Source: Verrucomicrobiota bacterium
GTDB taxonomy: Bacteria > Verrucomicrobiota > Verrucomicrobiia > Verrucomicrobiales > DEV007
Length of the DNA stretch: 64,000 nucleotides
NCBI GenBank assembly: GCA_045046875.1
Contig: JASFYY010000078.1
Location: 14,383 to 78,382, forward strand
Direction of reading: 5' to 3'
Below, in pieces: positions 55,512 through 64,000 of the stretch. Each line of letters opens with the position of its first letter. The first letter of the stretch is position 1. The notes under the pieces were generated by a model. The model saw only the letters and a program-made list of their open reading frames with translations, did no database searches and was not told the DNA's origin. The position numbers and the translations under genes are program-made.

Positions 55512-56192
55512 TTAGCTCAGAAAAGGGTTCGACTGTTTTTCCTGGGCGACAGTGGTATCGGGGCCGTGGCCGGGGAAGACCATGGTTTCATCGGGTAAGG
55601 TGAGCACTTTTTCGTGAATGCCGCTGAGCAGTAATTCAGTGCCGCCGTTGGGAAAGTCGGTGCGTCCAATGCCTCCGTTAAAAAGCACGTCGCCGCCAAA
55701 CAGCAGCGAAGATCCGCAGCCGCCGTCACTTTCGCCGGCTAGATAAAAACACAAGCTGTCGGGTGAGTGTCCGGGCACGTGTTTAAGCGAAAAATCAAGC
55801 CCCACGATTTTGAGGTTTTCTTGCCCCGCAAGCAATTCGTCCACTTCGAAGTCCTGCAGGTTGGCTGGCCAGCCGATGGATTGGCTCAAGAAAGTGGCCA
55901 GAGTCAAATCGTCGTCGTAGGCGGAGTGGGCGAGGATGCGGCACTTGGGCTGTTCGCTTTTTAGCAGAGCGGCATCGATGACGTGATCGTAGTGCAGATG
56001 GGTCAGCAAGAGAGCGTCGATGGCGACGTTTTTTTCCTGCAACCAGGCGGCTACTCCCTCTGGGGCATCAATCAGGATATGGCCTTGAGGGCAGCGCAGC
56101 AGGTAGCCGTTGGTTTGGAAGTATCCTCCGGTGTAACATTCGATTTCCATGGTGGGCGCGGTGGCAGACTCGTTGTTTGTCATTCTATTCAC
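55512..56192 (-). CDS. MBL-fold metallo-hydrolase (glyoxalase II/YcbL-like)
   Basis: THLHYDH; PGHSP; GDVLF..GIGRTD; PGHGP.TT...EK..NPF. Confidence 0.9.
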   Translation of the reverse strand: MNRMTNNESATAPTMEIECYTGGYFQTNGYLLRCPQGHILIDAPEGVAAWLQEKNVAIDALLLTHLHYDHVIDAALLKSEQPKCRILAHSAYDDDLTLATFLSQSIGWPANLQDFEVDELLAGQENLKIVGLDFSLKHVPGHSPDSLCFYLAGESDGGCGSSLLFGGDVLFNGGIGRTDFPNGGTELLLSGIHEKVLTLPDETMVFPGHGPDTTVAQEKQSNPFLS

Positions 56193-56360
56193 AAGCTCCT
56201 ATCATTCCTCCAATCCGAGCCAATGACAAATATCTTTAATCTCGTCTTTATTTGGTATATGTTGGCGGCGAACGAATTCCCCCTTGTTCTTTCACTAGAA
56301 TGGGGAGAAATTCGCTTTTGTGGTCATCAGGGCCGCCGAAATTAAAAAACCTTTTCTGAT

Positions 56361-58766
56361 ATGTTTACCGAATCCAAGTCCAGTCAACCGGTCGCCAAAC
56401 GTTATTTGGCCTTTTTTGTCCCCTGTTTCGCTTGTTTGATCGCGCTTTTTGTTTCGAGTTTTACGATTAAAGCGGACGCGGCCGAGGCTAATCTCAACGA
56501 GATTGGCATGCGGGTGGCCAAAATGCTTGCGGAGGAGCACTACAGCCAGCACCCCTACGACGATGCGATGTCGGAGCGCACGCTTGATAATTACCTTCGT
56601 TTTCTGGATTACGGACGGCAGTATTTCACCCAAAAGGACATCGACGGTTTTTATGAGAAGTACCGCCACAGTATTGATGACGAGGTCAAAGCAAAAAATC
56701 TGACCGCGGCGGATGAAATCTATAAGATTTATCTCGAACGGGTGAGCTCGCGGATTGAGAAGGTGAAAGAGATTCTGGAAAAAGATGAACTCGATTTCAA
56801 TTCGGATAAAACGATTCATATCAGTCGTAAAAAGGAAAAATGGCCGGTGGATGCGGCCGCCGCCGATGAGCTCTGGCATCGTTTGATCGAGGGTGAAATG
56901 CTGCAAGCCACTTTGCGCAAGGAAATGGCTGATAAGGAAAAAGCTGAGAAAGCGGCTAAAAAGGCGGCAAAAGAAGCTGAAGCTAAAAAAGGGGCAAACA
57001 CGAATTCAGGTGAGGGCAAGGAGCAGGTCAGCACCAAAATCGCCATTAAAGAAACTTCAGGACATAAGGATTCAGACAAAAAAGATTTGTCGCCCAAGGA
57101 GAAAATTCTCAAGCGCTACGATCGTATTCTCAAGAATGTCACTGAAAATGATGCCGAGGACGTTGCGGTGATGTTCATCAAGGCGATCACGCGTAGTTAC
57201 GACCCGCACTCCGAGTATTTTTCCCAGTCCCAGTATGACAACTTCCGCATCAGCATGAGCAAATCGCTGAAGGGGATCGGAGCGATGCTCAGTTTGGATG
57301 AAGAAAGCGGTGCTGCTGAAATCCAGGGTTTGGTGGTTGGTGGACCGGCTGCTAAACAGGGAGATCTTAAAATCAAGGACCGCATCGTCAAAGTGGGGCA
57401 GGGCAAAAAGGGTGAAATGGTGGATATTGTCGGTGAAAAACTCAGTGATATTGTGGATCAGATTCGGGGGGAGAAAGATTCTTACGTGCGGCTGGAGGTG
57501 ATTCCTGCTGATGCCGCAGATTCTTCCCAGACCAAGATCATTATGATTTTGCGTGATAAAGTGGATTTGAAAGAGAGTCTCGCCAGTGCGGATCTTATCA
57601 TCACCAAGGATGCGAATGGCAAGGAGCAGAAGATTGGCTGGATCTATTTGGCTTCTTTTTACAGTTCGATGGGCGATGGCCAGACCAGCACCACGGTGGA
57701 TGTGCAGCGACTGGTTAACCGTCTGAAAAAAGAAGGCGTCGATGGCATGGTGCTCGACCTCAGGGATAATGGAGGGGGTTCTTTGGAGGAGGCGATAAAT
57801 TTGACCGGATTGTTCATTCCTCGCGGGCCGGTGGTGCAGTCGAAAAACTGGCGTGGTGACATGGATGAAAAGTTTTCCCGCAACCGTTACGCTTTGTATG
57901 ATGGGCCGCTGTTGGTTTTGACCAATCGTGCCAGTGCGTCGGCCAGTGAAATTCTCGCGGCGGCTTTGCAGGATTATCACCGCAGCCTGATCATCGGTGA
58001 CAAGTCTACCTTTGGTAAAGGCACGGTGCAGCAGTTGCGTCCGGTGCGCACCAACCGCATCCCTTTGCCGTTCCGTTCACAAGAGGTCACCAATGGGGCT
58101 TTGAAGTTGACAATCCAGACTTTTTTCCGGATTTCCGGCGGGTCAACGCAATTGAAAGGGGTGATTCCCGATATCCATCTACCGTCTTCCAACGATGTGT
58201 TGGATTTTGGTGAAGGTTCGCTCGAATGGCCTTTGGAGTGGGAGAAGGTTAATCCGGAGAAGTATTCGATCGTCAGTTCCAGTCCGCTGCCGACGGATAT
58301 TTTGAGCAAGGCTTCGGCTGAACGGATAGGGGAAGAGCAGGATTTTGTTTATATTCTTGAGGACATTGAGCGCACTCAGAAACGCATCAAGGATAATTTA
58401 ATTTCGCTGAACCGGAAAAAACGTGAGGTGGAAGTGGAGACTCTTGAAAAGCGTAGGGAGCAGCAGATCGAAGAGCGCAAAGCGCGTTATACCCAGATTA
58501 AAGATAAAGAAAAGGGGCTTTATACCATCTATGGGTTGACCCAGACCAATGTTGATGACGAAAAGTTGATACTGAAATCAGAACTCAGTACCGAGGACAC
58601 TACTGGTATGAAGACCGCAGTAGAAGAGGAGGAAGATCCAGAGGTCAAAGCTTTGCAGTATCCACATGGTTTTGATCCTTATAAACGTGAAACCCTGCAC
58701 ATCCTGCAGGACTACATTGCGATTGAGAAGTCAGCCAAGCCGGTGGGCATTTCGGCTAACAAATAA
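56361..58766 (+). CDS. prc: carboxy-terminal processing (tail-specific) protease, S41
   Basis: DPHSEY; GIGA.L PDZ; DLRDNGGGSL.EA; SASASEI; TFGKGTVQ; GSTQ.KGV.PDI. Confidence 0.93.
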   Translation: MFTESKSSQPVAKRYLAFFVPCFACLIALFVSSFTIKADAAEANLNEIGMRVAKMLAEEHYSQHPYDDAMSERTLDNYLRFLDYGRQYFTQKDIDGFYEKYRHSIDDEVKAKNLTAADEIYKIYLERVSSRIEKVKEILEKDELDFNSDKTIHISRKKEKWPVDAAAADELWHRLIEGEMLQATLRKEMADKEKAEKAAKKAAKEAEAKKGANTNSGEGKEQVSTKIAIKETSGHKDSDKKDLSPKEKILKRYDRILKNVTENDAEDVAVMFIKAITRSYDPHSEYFSQSQYDNFRISMSKSLKGIGAMLSLDEESGAAEIQGLVVGGPAAKQGDLKIKDRIVKVGQGKKGEMVDIVGEKLSDIVDQIRGEKDSYVRLEVIPADAADSSQTKIIMILRDKVDLKESLASADLIITKDANGKEQKIGWIYLASFYSSMGDGQTSTTVDVQRLVNRLKKEGVDGMVLDLRDNGGGSLEEAINLTGLFIPRGPVVQSKNWRGDMDEKFSRNRYALYDGPLLVLTNRASASASEILAAALQDYHRSLIIGDKSTFGKGTVQQLRPVRTNRIPLPFRSQEVTNGALKLTIQTFFRISGGSTQLKGVIPDIHLPSSNDVLDFGEGSLEWPLEWEKVNPEKYSIVSSSPLPTDILSKASAERIGEEQDFVYILEDIERTQKRIKDNLISLNRKKREVEVETLEKRREQQIEERKARYTQIKDKEKGLYTIYGLTQTNVDDEKLILKSELSTEDTTGMKTAVEEEEDPEVKALQYPHGFDPYKRETLHILQDYIAIEKSAKPVGISANK

Positions 58767-58768
58767 GA

Positions 58769-60265
58769 TTATTCGCTGACGCTTTTGCGCAGCTGTGGAA
58801 ACAGCACGATGTCGCGGATGGATTCGGCTCCGGTGAGCATCATGACCAGACGGTCGATACCGATGCCGATGCCGCCGGCGGGCGGCATGCCGTGTTCAAG
58901 TGCGAGCAGGAAGTCTTCGTCGAGCTTCTGGGTCTCTTCTCCGGCCTGGTCTTCGAGGCGGGCGCGCTGGCTGTCCGGGTCGTTGAGCTCGGAGTAGCCG
59001 GGGGAAATTTCCTGGCCGTTGATGATCAGTTCGTAAACATCGACCACAGAGTCATCGTCGGTGTTTTGCTTGGCCAGAGGAACCAGCTCGCGTGGCACGT
59101 GAGTGACGTAACAGGGGTCGAAAGTTTTTTCCTCGACCAGTTTTTCGAACACTTGTTGGCTGACTTCGTAGTCTTCCATTTGCTCGGAGAGTTCGACTTT
59201 GAGCTCATTGGCACAGCGCTCGCGGCGTTGTTCGCTGGTGATGTCGAACCAGTCATCTCCGGCAGCCTGTTTGACCAGGTTGTGAAAGGTTTCGCGTTTC
59301 CATGGACGGCTGAGGTCGATGGTGCGGATCGGTTCGTCGTTGGCGTCTTTGTGCTCGATTTGCAAACCCCCGCAGAATTTTTCCGCCAGATGACAGACCA
59401 TTTCTTCGACCAGGTCGGCCATCTGTTCGAAGTCGGCAAAAGCCCAGTAGGCTTCTAGCATGGTGAACTCGGGATTGTGCCGGCGGCTGATGCCTTCGTT
59501 GCGGAAGTTGCGATTGAGTTCGAACACTTTGGTGAAACCACCGACCAGCAGGCGCTTGAGGTAGAGCTCGGGCGCGATGCGCATGTAGAGATCCATGCCG
59601 AGGGCGTTGTGATGGGTTTTGAACGGTTCGGCGGCAGCGCCTCCGGGTACGTCCTGCAGCATGGGGGTTTCGACTTCGATGAATTCCCGTTGACCGAGGA
59701 AGGCGCGGATTTCGGCGACCATGGCGCTGCGTTTGAGGAAGGCATCGCGGGCGCGTTCGTTGGCGATGAGGTCGAGATACCGTTGACGGTATTTGATTTG
59801 GGGATCGACCACACCATGCCATTTGTCAGGCAATGGGCGTAGCGACTTGGACAAAACAGTGATAGCCGAAGCTTTCACCGTGGGCTCTCCCATGCGGGTG
59901 GTGAAAGTTGTGCCTTCGATGCCAATCCAGTCACCGATGTCGAGTTGTTGGAAGATTTCAAAAGCTTCGTCACCGATGGATTTGGGATTGAGGAAACACT
60001 GCAATCGTCCGTGAATGTCAGCGATGTCAAAAAACTGGCTTTTGCCCATGTCGCGATGCGCTACGATGCGTCCAGCGACTTTGACTACAATTTCTTCTTC
60101 GAAATTGGCTCGCAAAGCAGCGGGTTGGTGCGTGGTTTCAAATTTGCCACCAAAAGGATCCACGCCGAGTTCGCGCAGCTTGTCGAGTTTTTGACGACGA
60201 AACTGGATCAGTTGGTGTTCGCTGATTTCTTCTTCGCCCGTGGTTTCCTGTTTTTCTTGTGACAT
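58769..60265 (-). CDS. lysS: lysine--tRNA ligase (class II)
   Basis: YRQRYLDLI; EVETPML; YMRIAPELYLKRL; FRNEG; HNPEFT; GMPPAGG.GIGIDRL. Confidence 0.97.
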   Translation of the reverse strand: MSQEKQETTGEEEISEHQLIQFRRQKLDKLRELGVDPFGGKFETTHQPAALRANFEEEIVVKVAGRIVAHRDMGKSQFFDIADIHGRLQCFLNPKSIGDEAFEIFQQLDIGDWIGIEGTTFTTRMGEPTVKASAITVLSKSLRPLPDKWHGVVDPQIKYRQRYLDLIANERARDAFLKRSAMVAEIRAFLGQREFIEVETPMLQDVPGGAAAEPFKTHHNALGMDLYMRIAPELYLKRLLVGGFTKVFELNRNFRNEGISRRHNPEFTMLEAYWAFADFEQMADLVEEMVCHLAEKFCGGLQIEHKDANDEPIRTIDLSRPWKRETFHNLVKQAAGDDWFDITSEQRRERCANELKVELSEQMEDYEVSQQVFEKLVEEKTFDPCYVTHVPRELVPLAKQNTDDDSVVDVYELIINGQEISPGYSELNDPDSQRARLEDQAGEETQKLDEDFLLALEHGMPPAGGIGIGIDRLVMMLTGAESIRDIVLFPQLRKSVSE

Positions 60266-60639
60266 GGATTTTAGATAATAAAAACTGTAAATGAATATCG
60301 TGCTTGCCCCCTGCACCCTACGGCCGCGGAAGGTAGGGTGAAATACTCCACCATGCACGCAAATTTTTACAGATCAAGCTGTGGCGGGTTTGTTGAAGCA
60401 TAGGGTAAGACCGCTGATGAATATTCTTCAAAAATAGAGACGTCAAAACTTATAGCCCGTATGCCGCCAGGATGCGCAAGTATATTAGTGAACATGCATC
60501 TGATGAGGAGATTTTCATTCATCAAACATGGGCAATCGAGCGGACGATAACGGGCATCACAGGTGTCATGCGATTTAGTCGTGGTTTTATCTCTGCCGAG
60601 AATTTTTGAATTGTAGCATGGAAGCCTCTATCTATAGTA

Positions 60640-61872
60640 ATGGCTAAGCTATTGTTTCTTTTTTTTCTTTCAGTGTCGTCAACCATGGCGGCGGAGTTTG
60701 CTGTTGCCGATCAGGAACAATTCGACGCTGCGGTAAAAAAGATCAATCCCGGTGAAACGATCATTTTACAGAATGGAATATGGGAGGATGCACGGCTGAA
60801 AGTGAATGCTTCCGGGAGCAAAGGGCAGCCGATTATCATAAAGGCAGAAACTCCGGGGAAAGTGGTTTTCACTGGTGATTCACGTATCTCACTAGGGGGC
60901 AGGTATCTAGTCGTTGACGGTTTGTGGTTTCAAAACCCTTGCGGTTCCGAATCCATTGAATTGCGAACCAGTTCAAAAAAACTCGCCTCGGATTGTCGGA
61001 TCACAAATTGTGGGGTGACCAACGACCATAGCTCACCCGATAACAAACGATCCTCACGGTTTGTTTCAATTTATGGAGCTCGGCATCGTATGGATCACTG
61101 CTATTTTTCAGGAAAAACCACTGTGGGACCAACTCTTGTTGTTTGGTTGGTAAAGGGCAAAGAGGCCAAACATCGAATTGATCACAATCATTTTGGTCCA
61201 CGACCACGATTGGGGGAAAACGGAGGGGAGACGATCCGAGTGGGTGATAGTAAGACTTCGATGCAAAATGCAGCCTGCATCATCGAGCATAATTTTTTTG
61301 AGAAGTGCGATGGCGAAGTTGAGTGCATTTCCAATAAATCCTGTGGTAATATATATAGGAGGAATCGATTTGAAGCCGTTTCGGGCACCCTCACCTTACG
61401 CCATGGGAATAACTGCCTGGTCGAAGATAATTATTTTCAGGGATTGGGGGCAAAAGGAAGCGGAGGTGTTCGAATTATCGGCGAGGGCCACACTGTTACA
61501 GGTAACCGTTTTGAAAACTTGATGGGGGACGACGCTCGAAGTGCGGTTTGTTATATGTTGGGAATCCCGGATTCACCATTGCATGGATATTTCCAAGTGA
61601 AAAAATCGAAACTCAGCAACAACATTTTTCTAAACTGTAAACATAACATTGTGATTGGAATGGCATGGGATTCCAAATCAAAATTGGCTCCCCTCGAATC
61701 CATCATTACTGGCAATATCATTCAAAATAATAAAGGCGCAGCTTTTGATATTCGCTGTGATCTCACCGGCGTTAAGCTGCAAAATAACACCATGGTCAAA
61801 AAGCGCCCATTGGATCTTCCTGACCTGCCAACAGCAGAACCTACGGGGCCAGATTGGGGAGATTTTCGCTAG
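60640..61872 (+). CDS. polysaccharide lyase family 6 (alginate lyase/chondroitinase B-like)
   Basis: PG.TI.L.NG.W; AETPGKV; DHNHF; NGGETIRVGDS; GEVE.ISNKS; LTLRHG; GGVRI. Confidence 0.92.
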   Translation: MAKLLFLFFLSVSSTMAAEFAVADQEQFDAAVKKINPGETIILQNGIWEDARLKVNASGSKGQPIIIKAETPGKVVFTGDSRISLGGRYLVVDGLWFQNPCGSESIELRTSSKKLASDCRITNCGVTNDHSSPDNKRSSRFVSIYGARHRMDHCYFSGKTTVGPTLVVWLVKGKEAKHRIDHNHFGPRPRLGENGGETIRVGDSKTSMQNAACIIEHNFFEKCDGEVECISNKSCGNIYRRNRFEAVSGTLTLRHGNNCLVEDNYFQGLGAKGSGGVRIIGEGHTVTGNRFENLMGDDARSAVCYMLGIPDSPLHGYFQVKKSKLSNNIFLNCKHNIVIGMAWDSKSKLAPLESIITGNIIQNNKGAAFDIRCDLTGVKLQNNTMVKKRPLDLPDLPTAEPTGPDWGDFR

Positions 61873-61885
61873 TCGGAAAATAATC

Positions 61886-61946
61886 TAAAAAGGGTCAGAC
61901 CCATTAAAAAGGGTCAGACCCATAGCGATTTGACCCATAGCGATTT
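61886..61946 (+). repeat. overlapping short tandem duplications
   Basis: TAAAAAGGGTCAGACCCAT x2 (61886-61923) and GACCCATAGCGATTT x2 (61917-61946). Confidence 0.85.
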
Positions 61947-61976
61947 CGTTGTTGTGTGAGCTCTAGCTGATGTCTT

Positions 61977-62003
61977 TGCCGCCTCCGGGGAAGGGAGGCG
62001 GCA
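61977..62003. terminator. GC-rich hairpin between convergent PL6 and tatC genes
   Basis: TGCCGCCTCC-N7-GGAGGCGGCA. Confidence 0.45.
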
Positions 62004-62031
62004 CTCGAGCTCTGTTTCGAGGGGGGGGCGA

Positions 62032-63648
62032 TCACTCGATGATCAGGCGGTCGATCATGCGGTTGAGCTTGTCTTCGCTGATGCCAGGCACGCTGAGCAC
62101 ATCATCGAAGGTGCCAAAAGGCCGGTGATTGATGAGACGTTGGGCCAGTGCAGGGCCGACTCCGGGCAGGCTTTGCAGCTCTGCCAAGTTGGCACTGTTC
62201 AAGTTGATGATTTCTCCGGCGGGTTCGCACTCACCGTGTTCGCCGTCGTTGTGATCCTGGTCGGTCCAGGCTTCGCTTGGGCTGTCGGCGCCGTAGTGAT
62301 GCTGGTTGTAGTGATCTTCATCTTCGTGGTATTCGTTCTGATCCTGGTGCCAGCTCTCATCGTGATCGCCGGATTTATTCTCTTCAGCGTCATCGTAACC
62401 GGCATGGCCGTGATCTTCTTCTTCCTGATCCGGGTGTTCGGCTTCGTACTGGGCGACTTCGTGGGCGTGCAGTTCGGCTTTTTCTTCTTCGCTGAGGTCT
62501 TCAGGAGATTTGGCGTAAAGTTCGCCGAGACGCAGTTGGCGTTCGTCTTCTTCAGTGCGGGCGGCTTTTTCACGCTGGTTCTCGATCGACCAGGCGATCC
62601 AGATGCAGATTTCGTATAATACGATGAGCGGTCCGGCGAGCAAACCGAGCGTCATGATGTCGGGCGGGGTGAAAATCGCCGACAGGATGAGCATGACGAT
62701 CCACGCCATCGGGCGCGTGGTGCGCATGACACGAGCAGTGAGTAGCTGGAGTTTGACCAGAATGGTGACCACCACGGGCAACTGGAAGGCGAGTCCGAAG
62801 ACTAATACCAAGCGGGTGACAAAGTTGATATATTTGCCGTATTGGTAAGTGGTCCTATGAATAGGTGAGGTCGAGAGGATGAGTTTTTTTGATTCCTCAT
62901 CAAATGTGATGTGCAGTTCGGAGTCAGCGCTGATGGCAAGCGAGTCGCGCAATACTTCGAGAACTTCGGCGCGCAGTTTTGGATCGACTTGGGTGGGAGC
63001 AGAGGCGGCAATCGAGGGGTCTGAATCGGGCTTGGGTTTAAGCAAAGCCTCGGTGGTTGAACTTGCAGAGATCAGATCTTCGGCACTGATGCTGCCGTCA
63101 CTGATCATGGTTGTGGGGTTGAGGAATTCAGTTCGGTCTTTCTGGAATTCGAAAAAGAAGTTCAAGGCGATGGGGCAGGCCATGTAAAAAGCAAAAGCGG
63201 CTCCGGTGGTGAAGAGGAAAAATCCCGCTCCAATGCCCGGCAGGACAAAACGTTTTTCCTGTTCGCGCAAGCCTGGCAGGATGAATTCACCGGCAAAAAA
63301 CATTAACAAAGGGAAGGCTCCGAGCAAACCTGCAAAGAAAGAGACTTTGATTGAGAGCATCAAAATTTCCTGCGGGGCGAGGGTCATGAAAGTGACGCTG
63401 TTGCCGAGGCCGGCAAGTTTCATCGGTTGTCCGACAAACTCCATGATTTGCATGTTGAAAGCGAAGGCGATCATGGTCGTCACCAGCAAGGTGATGATGA
63501 TCTTCATCAGCGTCTTTCTCAGATCCTCCAAGTGATCGAGGAAGGGTTTTTCATGAGGATCGCAGCCTTCGTCGGCGCCAGAACGAATGCGTGAAGCATC
63601 TTCACGCATTTTGAAGAGTTTAGATAAAACGGGTTTAAAAAAGGTCAC
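62032..63648 (-). CDS. tatC: twin-arginine translocase subunit TatC with loop insertion, acidic/His-rich tail and C-terminal ComEA-like helix-hairpin-helix domain
   Basis: PFLDHLEDLR; FILPGL...EK; FGLAFQLP; TPPD; P...LYE; then INLNSA...ELQSLPGVGPALAQR...PF....D...VPGI. Confidence 0.9.
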   Translation of the reverse strand: MTFFKPVLSKLFKMREDASRIRSGADEGCDPHEKPFLDHLEDLRKTLMKIIITLLVTTMIAFAFNMQIMEFVGQPMKLAGLGNSVTFMTLAPQEILMLSIKVSFFAGLLGAFPLLMFFAGEFILPGLREQEKRFVLPGIGAGFFLFTTGAAFAFYMACPIALNFFFEFQKDRTEFLNPTTMISDGSISAEDLISASSTTEALLKPKPDSDPSIAASAPTQVDPKLRAEVLEVLRDSLAISADSELHITFDEESKKLILSTSPIHRTTYQYGKYINFVTRLVLVFGLAFQLPVVVTILVKLQLLTARVMRTTRPMAWIVMLILSAIFTPPDIMTLGLLAGPLIVLYEICIWIAWSIENQREKAARTEEDERQLRLGELYAKSPEDLSEEEKAELHAHEVAQYEAEHPDQEEEDHGHAGYDDAEENKSGDHDESWHQDQNEYHEDEDHYNQHHYGADSPSEAWTDQDHNDGEHGECEPAGEIINLNSANLAELQSLPGVGPALAQRLINHRPFGTFDDVLSVPGISEDKLNRMIDRLIIE

Positions 63649-63784
63649 AGTTACAGGTGTTGTGTTTTTTGGGAACAGGATTCATCCAGCTTTCCGCTTT
63701 GCCATTGTAGCCGATGATGAACGCTGCGCAATATGAGAAATGCGGGGTAACAAATATGGAAATTTGTTTTACGGGCGTGGCTGT

Positions 63785-64000
63785 TTAGTTGATGAGCCCT
63801 CTGGCACAAAGGCGGGCGTATAAAGCGAGGGTATTGGCATCGACGATGCGATTATTAGCGATTTCATCACTCAGCTCGTTGGCGCTGACGGCGCGGCAGC
63901 CAAGGATGCTTTCTCCAGCGTCGGGACGTGGTCCTTTACCGGTGGAAATGACATTTTTGGCGAGGAAGAGATAAACGTGTTCGTCGCTGTAGCCTTGTGA
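63785..64000 (-). CDS. C-terminal part of NUDIX hydrolase (ADP-ribose pyrophosphatase-like), 5' end outside window
   Basis: my translation of the minus strand: SQGYSDEHVYLFLA...PDAGESI...I.N.RIVDANTLAL...GLIN*. Confidence 0.75.
   Translation of the reverse strand, partial: SQGYSDEHVYLFLAKNVISTGKGPRPDAGESILGCRAVSANELSDEIANNRIVDANTLALYARLCARGLIN

Noticed and set aside
57072..57980. 302-aa minus-strand ORF (likewise 40272-41015 and 51037-51690)
   Set aside because: Antisense shadows of well-supported genes, expected from codon bias.
60495..60530. CTGATGAG resembling a hammerhead ribozyme core
   Set aside because: No stem II followed by GAAA and no closing stems could be found.
61886..61946. 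Possible mini-CRISPR
   Set aside because: Repeats are directly adjacent with no spacers, and there are no cas genes.

Overview
About 64 kb of bacterial chromosome that looks like a PVC-superphylum genome, most likely a marine or sediment Verrucomicrobiota. This is inferred from DUF1592/DUF1552 pairs, several sulfatases, ThuA-like and DUF6807-like secreted proteins and a PL6 lyase. The left half is mostly accessory and catabolic genes; the right half is mostly housekeeping (ndk, mnmM/ytqB, birA, nadC, class A PBP, prc, lysS, tatC). I saw no rRNA, tRNA, CRISPR array or transposase. The top candidate for an undescribed system is the minus-strand unit at 42926-45815. It encodes two small paralogous 3-TM proteins that both end in a lipobox-like G-G-C followed by exactly five residues, a radical SAM enzyme with the motif layout of archaeal tetraether synthase (Tes/GDGT-MAS), and a divergent Lgt paralog. 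Together these suggest a dedicated protein or peptide lipidation and lipid-tail cross-linking pathway. Other notable items are a 3-copy MITE carrying REP-like palindromes, a small module that inserts into other repeats, REP doublets apparently translated as protein N-termini, a eukaryote-type UMP-CMP kinase, a TatC fused to a ComEA-like HhH domain, a possible split MnmC pathway and several leaderless promoters. All family assignments come from motif recognition by eye; no database searches were run.
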